From Raillietiella orientalis (taxonomy: Eukaryota): 64,000 bases of DNA. Made by a program: the position numbers and the translations under genes. The notes under the pieces were generated by a model. That model was not told the origin of the DNA, made no database searches, and worked only from the letters and a program-made list of their open reading frames with translations. The DNA is taken from positions 930,001 to 994,000 of the forward strand of contig JAYWIR010000007.1 of NCBI GenBank assembly GCA_036172245.1. Reading direction: 5' to 3'. Positions 1 to 20,100 of this stretch are shown here, in pieces (the stretch's first letter is position 1; each line of letters opens with the position of its first letter).

Positions 1-333
1 AAATGCTGCAAACTCTCTTTGCAGAAAACCGGATAAGAATACATTGTGTTTAATACATTTAAAACTAAGGAAAATAATCTGCACTACTGAATTACACTAC
101 AATTAAGCTTCTTACTATATTTACTCTTTTCTGGCATTGTATCAAACTTACCAAAACTGAATATTGTGTCCCTTAATGTATGAACATAATATTGTTTAAT
201 GTTTCGATGTTTAATACAATTTATAACTATCCTAAAATATCGAGAAAAATTTCTGGATACTTTAAAAAAATCAAGACAAAATATAGAAGTGCACAAAATA
301 GTTCTAAAGAGACTTAGGGATAAAGCAGCAAAC

Positions 334-8607
<8,274 letters not shown>

Positions 8608-9799
8608 GCTCTTGTCTATCAGGCAGCAGACTTGTCTCTTAAAAACACATCTCGCACGACTTCACAATTTTACGCTAAACTTCAAACGCACGTACAGATA
8701 TAGCCACATCAGTGGTTAATACACATTTGGTAAGATTCAGACACTACAAAAGGCAGTACTAAGTTCAAAAACCAATTCGAAATATTAAATATGCAAATAC
8801 GTGAGTATTCACTCATAACCTTTCACACTTAAAAATGTGAAACACTCTGATTTTCACAAATATGAAAACATAAATGCAAATTCCAATAGTTGCTATTTAA
8901 ATTATAACAGTGGATGCAGCGGGCATTTTAAACAGCCATGAGAAATTCATTTTTTGTTTCCCTATTTTCTTGTTCTATCCAAACATTCAATCATTTGCGT
9001 TTTGTTTTTGTTTGTGCTCTCCTGAAATGTTGACTTCAAGCAACACTGAGAAGCATTACCATTGCACCAGCACAAATCGGAATGTTTTCCTTTTTAGAAT
9101 TGAAGGAATGAATTTATGCTAAGATGTCGCAGCTGAAATTAATTCGAAAAACTGATAACAGAAAAAGAAGAAAAATACTACATATTTGTTTTTGTTCGAT
9201 GAACTCATGCGGTAATTCTACAATGAAGTCCCATGTTTGAAAGTTTATTAAAAAAAAATTTTCGATTGAATACAAACACTTTCGTTAACCTTTGAATTGA
9301 AAATATCAACAAAAAGTAGCGTGAAAACTCGAAATGAGATACAAATGACGATGGAAGCATTAACACTGTGGTTCTCATTAAACTTGCTTGCAAAACCCCT
9401 TGCTAAAAAAGAAGCCAAAAAAAACATGACAAACTCTTTTGTTCGTTTTCCCAACTCTGCACACATCTGATGAATTTATTAACAATAATTAAGATTACTG
9501 TAATTTGGAATTTGAAACAACTTTCTGTTTTGATCGTTTGTGAATGTTTCAGGAAGAAATATGTATATATCTTTGGTATAGAGAAGTATTTTGCGTTTAT
9601 GAAAGTGCAGTATGAATTTATCTTGATCACAAATCCAATCTAAAATGTGCCATTGACTTAAATGATGGATTCGTCAATGCATCGAAGATATCACTTGAAA
9701 TTTATGCACAAAAAGCAGAAAGAATCCCACTGAAGCTTTTCTCTCTATAAGTGTTTGCTGACGTTTGTCACCCAGATATGCCGGGACATCTATTATTAA

Positions 9800-10135
9800 A
9801 ATTTTTACAAGAAAAATTTCATAATAAAGTCTAAGAATTATCAGTTCAGGCAGAACACGTGGTTCTGCCTGTCTTGACACACTTGCCACTACCGGCCCGT
9901 AGGCCGCTGAGGTCCTCTCTGCAGGCGATGAGGGAGGGAAAACCACAAAGAGAAAACAAAAAGTTAAACAAAAACTAAAGGGGAGGGAAATGTTTTCAGG
10001 GGAGGGGAGAGTTGGCAAGGGATCACTGTTCGCCCCGAGTGGTCCTCTGCATCCTGTTCAGGATGCGGACAAGTGCTGGTCGCAAAGTTCTTAGCCGGGG
10101 CCATAGGGAAGTTTTCTCAATGTTCAGAGCCGCCC
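9800..10135 (-). mobile_element. 3' end fragment of an L1/Tx1-like non-LTR retrotransposon
   Basis: Minus strand reads ...AALNIEKTSLWPRLRTLR...GEQ* ending in CAGTGATCCCTT, then a T-rich tract and hairpins. The layout and the 13-mer AAGGGATCACTGT (10017-10029) match the 3' end at 13205-13425 (13-mer at 13412-13424). Confidence 0.55.
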
Positions 10136-10279
10136 ACTTTGCTGACGTTATGCTACTAGATTTTCGATATTAGTTCATTTCACAACTTCCTTTGTAAAGC
10201 ACAAAAGTAGATTATGCTCGAATCGATTTCCCCTCATACAGGTTATCAAAATTAAATACAAGATTGGCGTCAAAGATTC

Positions 10280-13200
10280 ACATCGTGTTGGTATTCTGCA
10301 TCTGTTTCATGCTAATAAGAATCGCTCCCAATGATGGCTGGCCGTTAATAAAAGAGTAAGAAAAAAAAAAAAAGTCCATCGGTCCAGCATGAATAAGGAA
10401 TCGCTGAATGAGGCCTTGTAGCTTCATTCGTATTCCCTGAAGCTGGAGCTTTGTGGAGCAAATAAGAAGCATCACTTGGTTAACCCTGCAAGAATATTTG
10501 GAAGTGCTGGAGGCATCCTGAATTCCGATAAATAGCAAGAAAATCATTCTATAGTTGAGGTGGCAGTCGAAGATAATTACTGTTTGATCAGAAGGAAACA
10601 TAGCAGAGGAATACTACTAGATTATTTGAGATGACTTTGTAATCAGAGGAGATTCTATAAAACTTACCAAAGAGTAGCATATATTCATAGAAACTTCGCT
10701 TCATTTATTCAAAATACATGGAGCGGGGAACTGATAACGAAGTAGGGAGCAGAGTAAAAGAAGAATGGTGAATCCGCCGACCCAGAGCAATATCTGCACA
10801 AATCATAAAAACTGAGGATTTTTGAGGCACATACACAATTTGTAATCCGGATCCTTTGCAAATCATCATTTGTAAAGGAAGAGGTGGAAAAACTATGAAG
10901 GAGAATATCTCTAAGTAAACCATAACACAATCTGAAGTAAGGGATTCATAAACAGGAAACGTGAGACTCTTTCTGGAATATATTCTCCTACGCAAAATGC
11001 GGAACGTGGTATTTGCTACCCGACGCTTTGACCACAAGCGATTCATGAGCAAATACTTGCAAAGTCTTCCCTCAGTTGAAGTGCAAAATATGAAAGCAAA
11101 GCTGTTTATCACGGACCATTTTGCGACAGCTGCTATGCAGGCTACAACATGCCTGTCGGCTCATTTTCCATTTACTGACTTGGTTTTTTATATTTGGCCC
11201 CAGTGGGCAACTTCCAATAGCTACAAAGCATCTCCCTCATCCAGGACAGATGGCTTCATGCCGGACTGGACACTTCCATGAAAAAAAGCATAAAGCCACA
11301 AGTTGAAAAGGAGGAATAATCCTCGGTTCTTCAGGGAAATGCTAAAGTCACTACTAAAAGGCCGGAACTGCTTTCACAAACACATTCTCAAATAAAAAGT
11401 GTGAAAACTCAGAGATGCGTGTCTAGCACGAAGTTCTTTGTTTGTCTGGCCGATGACGTGGAAGAGCCTCGTTGATTCCTACCATATTGCCCTAAAGCGT
11501 GATCTACGCATCCTTTCCTTCTAGAAACTCAACCAGTTGATTCCTCCAGCTCTTCTCGCCTCCCTTTCCTCCAAAAAGAACGTCCCCGAAATGATCTGCA
11601 AGCGCTTTTAACCGTTGCTTTGTGTTTCAAAATGGTTAATGAAGCTGCTTTCTGAATGAAACCCCATTTTATCTCTGGTGATGAAATCTCCAGAAACCGA
11701 ACACCGAGTATCCGGTGACGAAAGCATTGATTAGAAACAATCTTGTGTCCGAAGACCAGCGGCTCGAAAGGGCGAAAAAGTTGGCTTCAGATCAGGTCAA
11801 AGACTATCACACAGAAGAACATTTCTGAATGACTAGTTGACGAAAGGTGCAAAATGACTGTGTACATCCGAATTGATGGAGTTGGTTTGAAACGCAAGCA
11901 ACAAGAGCCGAGCTTCTTAAGGTGGCAGTCAAAACGTTGATGCCTCTCTGCTCGTCTGAGATAGCGGGCGCTAAGAACGCAAAGGATGCTGCACCTTTCT
12001 TTCTCTCTGTCCACCTCGCACTGACGAGATTCCTCATTAGGATGGCAGAAAAAAAGATTTACCTTTTTTTTATCTGGCAGCATCAGGAAAAATTTAATAA
12101 GTCGTGTGATTTAATAAACCTAAGAGCAAGAGAGCGCCTTTAAAAGGGTTCACATCTCACGGATAAGATTTTCAGATGTTCCTGAACTTGCGCGGAAAAT
12201 ACACGCACGTACTTCAGCAGGACACTTCTTAAATCTTCCGGAAACTGAGATGGTGAGTTGGGTAGGAAGCTAAATTACCCATAAGCGATGACAAACCACT
12301 GCAGCTGGTGAGAAGATTCTCTACTGATTGCATACGAATGCTACGTTTTTTCTTTCATCTTTCCATCTTCTACAGATATGCCTCAGCCCTTGCTGCTATT
12401 TATGGAATGCTCCTTTCAGAATGAGACCTTTCCCTGTACGTGTATGGGGCAAATTCTCTCAAATCTGGGACCATGCCAGGTGATGGCAGAACAGACTTTG
12501 ATACTTTGACACTGCTGCGTCTTCGAACGGGGCCAAGCTAGCACTCCAGCTGGAGTGCTAGCTTTGACGCAGCTACCCAGCACTAGGTACATGTTGCCTG
12601 AAGGGAGATGCGGATGTCTCGGCTCAAAGACCCTTCCAGAGCGAGTGTCAGGCAAACTACTGTACCTGTCTACGCGCAGTTTCCCGTGGCACAAGACAGA
12701 GGGACAGCTTTGTATCCAGGTTGGCAGAAGAAGATCACCTCCTCAAGTTTGGCGCATGAAGGGCTGCGTGCCACGATGACCCCGGGAGACCGCATGATCC
12801 TTTTCGCGGCGGAGGACCACTCGTCTGTGGTCCACTCAGGCTGGCGTTCCCTCAGGAACTTCCGGGATGAAGCACGCAGCCCGCTGCTGCAAGGATCCAT
12901 CTCGTGCTCTCCTTTTCAAGAATCGATTGGTTCCCTAAAGGCACGAGGAAACAGTGCCGGATGGGAATCTGGTCTGACGATAATAAGTAGGGAAGCAAGA
13001 AAGATGAATAGATCCGTTGCACAGCAACGACCTAAAGATTCTCCTCGCTGGTTGACTAAGGGTGCAACAGAGTTTGAGCTTCGGCACGCATCTCAAATGC
13101 GTTGAGGCAACACGGGAATCTGTTGTTCCTGCATGGTGTGAAACCTGTCTGAGAGCAGTTCTAAAGGATGACTGTGTTCGTTTGGTTACCGCTCGGTCAC
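10280..13200 (-). mobile_element. Degenerate L1/Tx1-like LINE ORF2 relic(s), frameshifted and internally deleted
   Basis: Motif-like remnants in the expected order on the minus strand: APE end DHRRVVL...RGHRG (~12830-12770), RT-like QRGINVLTATLRSSAL (~11950-11900), GHKIVSNQC..RILGVRF (~11750-11695), zf-RVT-like LLMNRLWSKRR (~11050). A further APE-like piece (VIIFDCHLNY...MDFFFFS) is at 10600-10350. Motifs are decayed and boundaries approximate. Confidence 0.5.
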
Positions 13201-13204
13201 GTGG

Positions 13205-16200
13205 GGGTGTTTATTGAAATAAACAATAGATTCACAATGTTGTGGTAGGACACAAGTGGTCCTACCAGGCTCAGATTGGCAATGGACCTGCAGGGTTTTC
13301 GGTTCCCAGGCAGGTGAGGTGCACTTCAGCAGTAGAGGAAAGGAACAGTAAAATAAAGAAAAGTAAAATAAACTTAATGAAATAAATACACAAAAAAAGT
13401 GGAGGATAGGGAAGGGATCACTGTCCACTGGAAGGAGTCCTTTCCTGGATTCCGGCTAGGTCCGTCCTGAGAGCACCCTGGTGGGTCCATCTTGCTGCTA
13501 TCCGCAGAAAGCGAAGAGCATTTTCAGTGGCTTCCCTTTCGTATGATCCTCATCCAGAGTCTCCACAATCTCACGGGTGCAGCAAAGAGCTGCTAAGGCT
13601 GCGACTCGCGGTAGGACATCTCGCACGAAGAGGAGCCGTGAAACGTCCCTGAGGTTTCCAACCGAGGTCCTCAGGGTCATTCCAAAACGTTCCCAGAGGG
13701 GCTGGAGGGCAACACAGTCCACAAGCAGGTGAGAGGTTCCGTTCCCCGCACCTGCGACAGTCCGAACTCACATTCTCCAGTGTCCAGTGGTATCGGCGGG
13801 ACTTGCAGGGAAGACCCCAGTGCAAGAAGTGACCCCGTCACTTCAGGGGGAGGGTGCTGCTACCCTTGAACGTTGGGAGCCACTCCAGGTCTTTGCTAGG
13901 AATACCGGGCCGCTCGCCCCAGCGCTGTAGCCCTCGCTGTAGGACACTTGGTGGGGGTCGCAGCATCCGCCGGCTGCCGCATGGTCCAACCACTCATTGC
14001 CTTCCTCCTACCTACGATCTCGCAGGAGACTTCCCACCTCGGCGGTTGGCTGCTACTTGTCGCCTTTCTCAGGGTGGGTATCGTTGCATCGAGGAGGGTG
14101 TGCCCTACGTAAGTCCACAGGCAGGGACTCTTCAGGGCCTTTCGCAGTGGGCAGCAGACGTGGTTGCTGGATAGCAGGCAGTAGCATACATTTGAGCTGG
14201 GCTCATTCATCTTCACCCACGTGCCAACTGTTCTAGCCGGGCGCTAGAGTTGACGGAGAAGCAGGCCATCCATCCGGTCTCCTGTCCATGGTGGTGGCCA
14301 TGCGTAGGAGGAGGAGGCTTCTCACCTTTAGGCCGGATCGCAAAAGGTAAGACTCGCTCCCTTCGCTACCGGCAGCACGACTGGCAGGCAGGCGTGGGGG
14401 AACGCACCAGGGTGTCTCAGTGTGGGACCACAAGGTCTTCAAGGCTGACCTTGGGCCTCCGCAACTCTCATAAGACTTTTGGGGTATTTGAATCGTACAG
14501 CTGAAGACAAACAAAAAGCAGGGATGAGTAGGGGAGGTTCCACGGAATTCACAGTGAGTTCCGCTCCAGAAAGAGGATCTGGCCATCAAGGAACGGATCT
14601 AGCTCTTTGGCCGCCCTCAGAAGGCGGTTAGACCACGCTTCTGTGGAGCAGAAGTAGCCCATGGACACACTGAGGTGCCTGAAGATGCCACTCATGGTGG
14701 TCTCCAAACGGACTTCATCTGAGTGCCCTTCCAATGAGCTCCAACGTAAGTGCACTTCTCCCTATTCGGCTCCCTAATTTTTGTTTGTCCCCAGCCTTAA
14801 GAGGCAGAAACCAGGAAGATCTTTTGTGAAAGGTCTCATGGGAGTCACGAAGGCCCAAGGATACATTCGAAACAACTCTTGGAGGTTCGCCTCCGGGGTG
14901 GACATGGAAGGGAGGAGGAAAAGCAGGTCATTCGCACAGGCCACCGCCGCCACCGCGTGCTCCAGTCGCAAAAGGCAGGCCGTCCGCAGAGAAACCGCCC
15001 CGCTCACAGGCTGCTGCGTGCCACGCTGACCCCGGGAGACAGCATGATCCTTTTCGCGGCGGAGGACCACTCGTTCGTGGTCCACGCAGGCTGGCGTTCC
15101 CGCAGCAACTTCTGGGAGGGAGCAGCCGCCACGCTCTCGCAGCACAGCGACCGAGTCGAGATCTCCTGCGGTAATGCATTTGGCTACTGGCAACGCCGTC
15201 CGTCTATGATCTCGGGAGAAGTAAAAGATGAGAGAGCACCGTGGAGAAGCAGAAACTGCCCTAAAAGCTCCTGCATCCTATGTGGCCACCCGGAGATACT
15301 TGTCCTCAGGCAGAGGTAGTTTCCGCCGCCTCCAGGTAGCCTCATCAGAAACCCGGATCCGAAAACGTGAACCGTGCCGCCGTCTTCGGCCGCTCAGGGG
15401 TCCAGACGAGAAGTCCCGAAGATCCAGGGAAAACAAGTCCTCCGTCACAGGCACAATCGTCTTTCGGGCGGAAGGAGCAAGCGCCCGCACCGGAGCCATG
15501 TGGTCACGGTCTCCGCGCTTGGCACCACCAAGAGGGAAGAAGGGTTCGAATGCTCGGAAAGAATCGATGCCGAGAGATGGGTGCGCCGTGGGTTCGAGTT
15601 CCTCCCGCAAGATGACGCTGGTCGGTCTGCATTCGGGTGCGGCACTGGTAGCAGTTCAAACTGGATGCCCACGATGAGTGGCCGGGATCGGGAGTCGACC
15701 CCTCCGGGAATAGAAAGGAAGTCCGGGGTACTTTCAGGAAACATTATCAAGAAGTGAGTAGTTCCCTTCCAGTTTTCCAAAGGAGTGGACCCTCCCCCTT
15801 TTTGGGAGGGGGACATTCCGTACCGTACCCTGGAGTAGGTGTGTCGCCACCACCTCTCCAGAAAGTGCAGGAAAGCCTGCCGCTCCCGATGGGGAGCGCC
15901 CTTCTGAGAAATTTCAGAAGCGTCTCTCCGGGGTTCTCTTTAGAGGAGGAAACAGGGGGGTTTCTACGGAGAAGAAATTCCTACTAGCGGATCCTTTCCG
16001 GGTTCCCTTCGGAGAAGAAAAATGGAGGGGACTCCTCCGAGGTCCCTCTGGAGAGAATAAGGAAGAGGTGGTTCCCTTTCGGGGTTCCCTTAGGAGACAC
16101 CCAGGGTGGAAGTTCCCCTGGAGGATTCCTCCCCAGGCGTGAGAGGAAGAGACTCTAAGCCCTTCCTGGGTTCATAGGGAAGTCTCTTCCCAGGGCAGAG

Positions 16201-16750
16201 CCCCCTATCTTGAAGAGTTGGTAGGCACTCTCGGGTGGCGTGGAACCGTGTCAAAGAGCCTCGTGAGACGCAACGGTTCTTGAGGTACTCGGCAAACCAA
16301 AAAGAAAACCTGACAAAAAAGGAAACAAAAAAAAGCTGGAAGGAAAACAGAGAAGACAGAAAAGAACCCGGAGGGCGTCCGCTCCCCGCGACGGCGCAGA
16401 CGGTGGGAGACGCAGAACAGATAACGGAAGCAGAGAATCTTCTGCCGCCCGCTCACCAAGTCTCTCTCATGGACTCCCCGGCGGAAGAAGCGCACTGCAT
16501 CACTTCCCTCCCTCGGAGGAACCGGTGGTGCGAGTGTGAGTGTGACAGAGACGCCCTGCGGGTGAGTCCGAGTCTCTTGCTGCTGGCGACGGCAGCGTTC
16601 GAGCGGTGGATCCGGCACGGCGAAGAGAGGACGCCAGCGACCACGAGGGGAAAAGATGGCAGTCTGATCTGCCTCCCAAGCACCGCCGCACCCGTGGGTC
16701 GCAACACGCGTGCGCGGACCGAGACACTCTCCCCTTCTGAGAGTCTTTGT
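13205..16750 (-). mobile_element. Degenerate, internally deleted L1/Tx1-like LINE
   Basis: Minus strand in order: T-rich leader (~16370-16290); APE-like ITAGDLDSVAVLRERGG and VDHERVVL (15180-15060); RT-like AVACANDLLFLL (cf. AYADD, ~14940); FRHLSVSMG (cf. YLGV); RRPKVSLEDLVVP; zf-RVT HWGLP...CRRCGE-(frameshift)-TSHLLVDCVALQPLW (13825-13690); T-rich 3' UTR; AATAAA at 13215-13210. Confidence 0.7.
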
Positions 16751-17140
16751 TTTTGAGTTTTCCTGAAAGGGAAAGTCCGGGGTAGCCGGGTGGGAAAGTC
16801 CCGCATTCCGCTGACGTCGACGTGCCGCGACACACTCATGGCCGTTCGCGCCACCAGAGCGCGCGCAAGCCGGCCCTTAGGGAAGTCGCGCAAGAGACTG
16901 CTCCAGGAATGGTCGGGCGGGGGAAGAAGCGCGTCGGCGGTCGTGGATTCCTGCGCGAGGGTAAACGCTCCCTGCGTAGAGAGCGGGGGGAAGAAGCCAA
17001 GACCACGGTATCCGGCAAACAGCGCTGCCTGGTGAAGAGCAGAACGGCGGTGGGATCACGCGCGCCGCTCTCACGGCCGCGAGACTCGTACGGAAGCGCC
17101 GGCGGCTCGCATCAAGGACGGCGACCGCCTTCCCACGTCC

Positions 17141-20100
17141 ATGGCGGCGCCGGCAGCCACGAGAAGTTCGAGACGCCGACTGCCGCAACGGATCGTGATG
17201 CCACCACGACCTGCCTCCTTCGCGACGTCTTTGAGTTGCGCCCCGGGGTGCAGATGGGATGCGCTCCGCCCTCAAGGCGGGAGACCTCCGGAATCGGCTG
17301 CCACTCTCGCTTGGGCGACAGGAGTGATTCCCGCTATCTTCCCGCAGAGGGCGCGCGGCTCGGAACGCATGTCGGGAGCGACGGCGCGCCGGGGCGGTGC
17401 GGCCCGCAGCGCTCCCCTTTCGCTGCGGCCGCATCTGGAGGCGGCGGTTGCGGCGACGACGCTGCAATTCCGGTATGCGGCCGGGCAGGGTGTCCATCGG
17501 CAGAGGGTCGCTGGCGTGCTAGCCCACCTCCAGCGAACTCCGGAACCTGTGGGACGCTTCCTTATCCTCCAGGACCTTTTGCAGGGATCATCGTCCTCCT
17601 CGACGGCCTCGCTGCGAAATGCTGCGGAGCCTGCGAGCGGAGAGTAGCTCCACCGGGCGCGCGATCCAGGGAGTGCCACTGCAACACCGTGCACACCCTC
17701 AACCCCGGAAGACACCCTTTAGCGCTCCAGCTGCTGCCTGTGGAAACGCCGATCATGGGAGGATCGGAGCGCGCTGCCGTTCACGTGGATCGAGGTCACC
17801 GACCCCTCGATGGCTCGCAGAGTGGCTGGGGAAGGCGGTCTCTCCCTGCGGAGCCGTAAAACAAGCGCTGCTGGAAGCATTTAAAAGCCGGAAAATTTAA
17901 TCTGCACCATTTTGATCATTTATTCACAAAGCATGTGATTCTTGTGATCCACTAATTGAGGCTCAACCACTTTGGGAATATAAGACTTTAGCTCTATCAG
18001 AGCCTACTTTATTGTTGAATTGTGATCTTACACAGTGCATACCCCAGAATGGGCTGGATTCAGTTGGAAGTATTATGCTGACCAGGCCAACTGAATGTAA
18101 TGGGATTGCTTTGTGGATGGAGTGCTTATTTTTGGAAAAGGTCCTCAGCACTGGACCTATAAAAAAGCCTCAACCTGGCAATGTAATATCATGGAACATG
18201 CATTACAAACAAGGTGTTTTTTTCTTTCCCGCACTCCCGGTGGTCGAGCTGACCTGGATGATCCGGGATCGGGGCAAGGCTCCCGTCTCCTTCAAGCCGG
18301 TGCGCGTGGCGCCTTCTAGAGGCACTACGACACGCGCGCAAACACGTCGCTGGCGTTCATTGACGCGCCTTTGGGAGCCGGCTCCCGGGAGGAGGACTGC
18401 GAGTAGGCCGGGTGGAGACTCTCACCCTCAGGGGTGGGATGGACCGTGGCCTGCATTCCCGAAAGAAGACGTCGCGCGCTACTTCAGGTCTCCCGAGGAG
18501 ACCCTTGGACGCCTGGAGTCCGCGACAATAAAGGTACCACCTCAACGCGCAGTCGAGCACTCCGATACTGGGCGGACTCCCTCGGGATGACCGAGAGACC
18601 GCCGCCGCCCGGTCATGTTCCGCGCGCGGCACCCCTGCTCCTGAGCCAGGGGCTTCTTCCTTGCAGTTTGCGGCGTTTCCTCGCGCCTTGCGCGAGACCC
18701 CTGAGCCCTTCCCGGGAGCCGCGTGCTCAGGGATGGATCAGTAGACTCGATGAGTGACTCTTCAACCCTGGCGGTCCAGCCGCCGCAGCCCCGCCTCAAG
18801 CGGTGCCGCTCCCAGCAGGGGCCGTGAGCAGGGTCCCTTGCTCCCTCCCCTAAACCATTGGGAAATCCGCCGATCTCGACGCGACCGCGCGGCTCGCTTC
18901 CGTTCCTCTCGCTGCCAGGTCGACAACCTCCCTCGCCTCGCTCTCCCCGCGGGCGGGGGCTGGGAACGACTATCCCCTCCGCGTGAAGAAACGGCTGCCC
19001 GGCCCTTTCCCAGACCACGTGAGCGTGTGGATGGCGAGCGAACCCTCGAACCCCCCCTTTCCGGCTGCTGAATCTGCTGATCCGCGTGAATGGGGACGCT
19101 CCGGAGCAACCGCGTTCCTTCCCGGTGTCTCGTTTCCGTTCCCTCGGAGGGAGCCACTCTCCGCACCGCACCGCCTCGCCTCAAGCGGAACCAGAAAAGA
19201 CCGCATTGACCGGCAGAGGGAGGCCACGCATACCCCGGTTCGCCACCATATTCTCGGGGTGGAGGAGGGGAGGAAAGTCGGCGCTCCCCGGGGCTCTCGC
19301 GGGAGTTTCGTCCCAGCCCCGAAGGGGAACGCCACAGCTTGAGGGGGAGAGCACTGCGGAGGAGGCTCCCGCGGCCTGGGTCGGGGACGCTGTGCATACA
19401 CTCGGGGCAGGGGGCCGCAGGTCATGCCTGCTCGTCAGTCCCAGAGTAGTCCCGGTTGGGCGAAGAAGGCGAGAGGGAAGGGTGCATGCGAGGGAGAAGA
19501 TTGGCAGAAGGTTCTCCCTCTGGGTCATACCTGCAAGCAGAGCGGCCCAGATGTCGGAGGGGGCATCTAACCACTGGGAGCCTCCCGTTCTGGCATTTCC
19601 GTAGTTTCCGGCAACGTACCTCTTCGAGAGGGTCCTTCTCCAGGGAGAGAGGGGCCAGCGGGAGGAAGCGCGCTCGCAGCAGCAGCGCCTTCCCTTCCAG
19701 GAAGAGCCCTGCTCTCTCCCTCTCCTCCCTACCCTCTGGGGAAGGGGTAGGGAGTCGCGGCCTATGAGTTGGAGATGATTTCCCCTCGGAGACAAGTCCT
19801 CCGACACCCGGGAGTTGCGGTGTTCCCCTCTCCCTCCCCGTCGCCTCCTGCATCCCAGGAGAGAGGGGGTTTGGGGACGAACCCAGAGTGCGAAGGGGGA
19901 GGAGAGTCTGCTTGGAGAGCTGTTTGGATATATAGAGAGCTTGGGGACGGGAGGAACGCGCGACCCTTGGACCGCCCCTCCCTCTCTCCTCAACCCTACT
20001 ATTGGAGAGACCCCTGCCTTTTGTCCGAGGAATGCGAATGGACCAGCGAATGGATGACCTTTGCGTTCCAGAGGCGCGCGGATCATCCAGAAAAGTAGGG

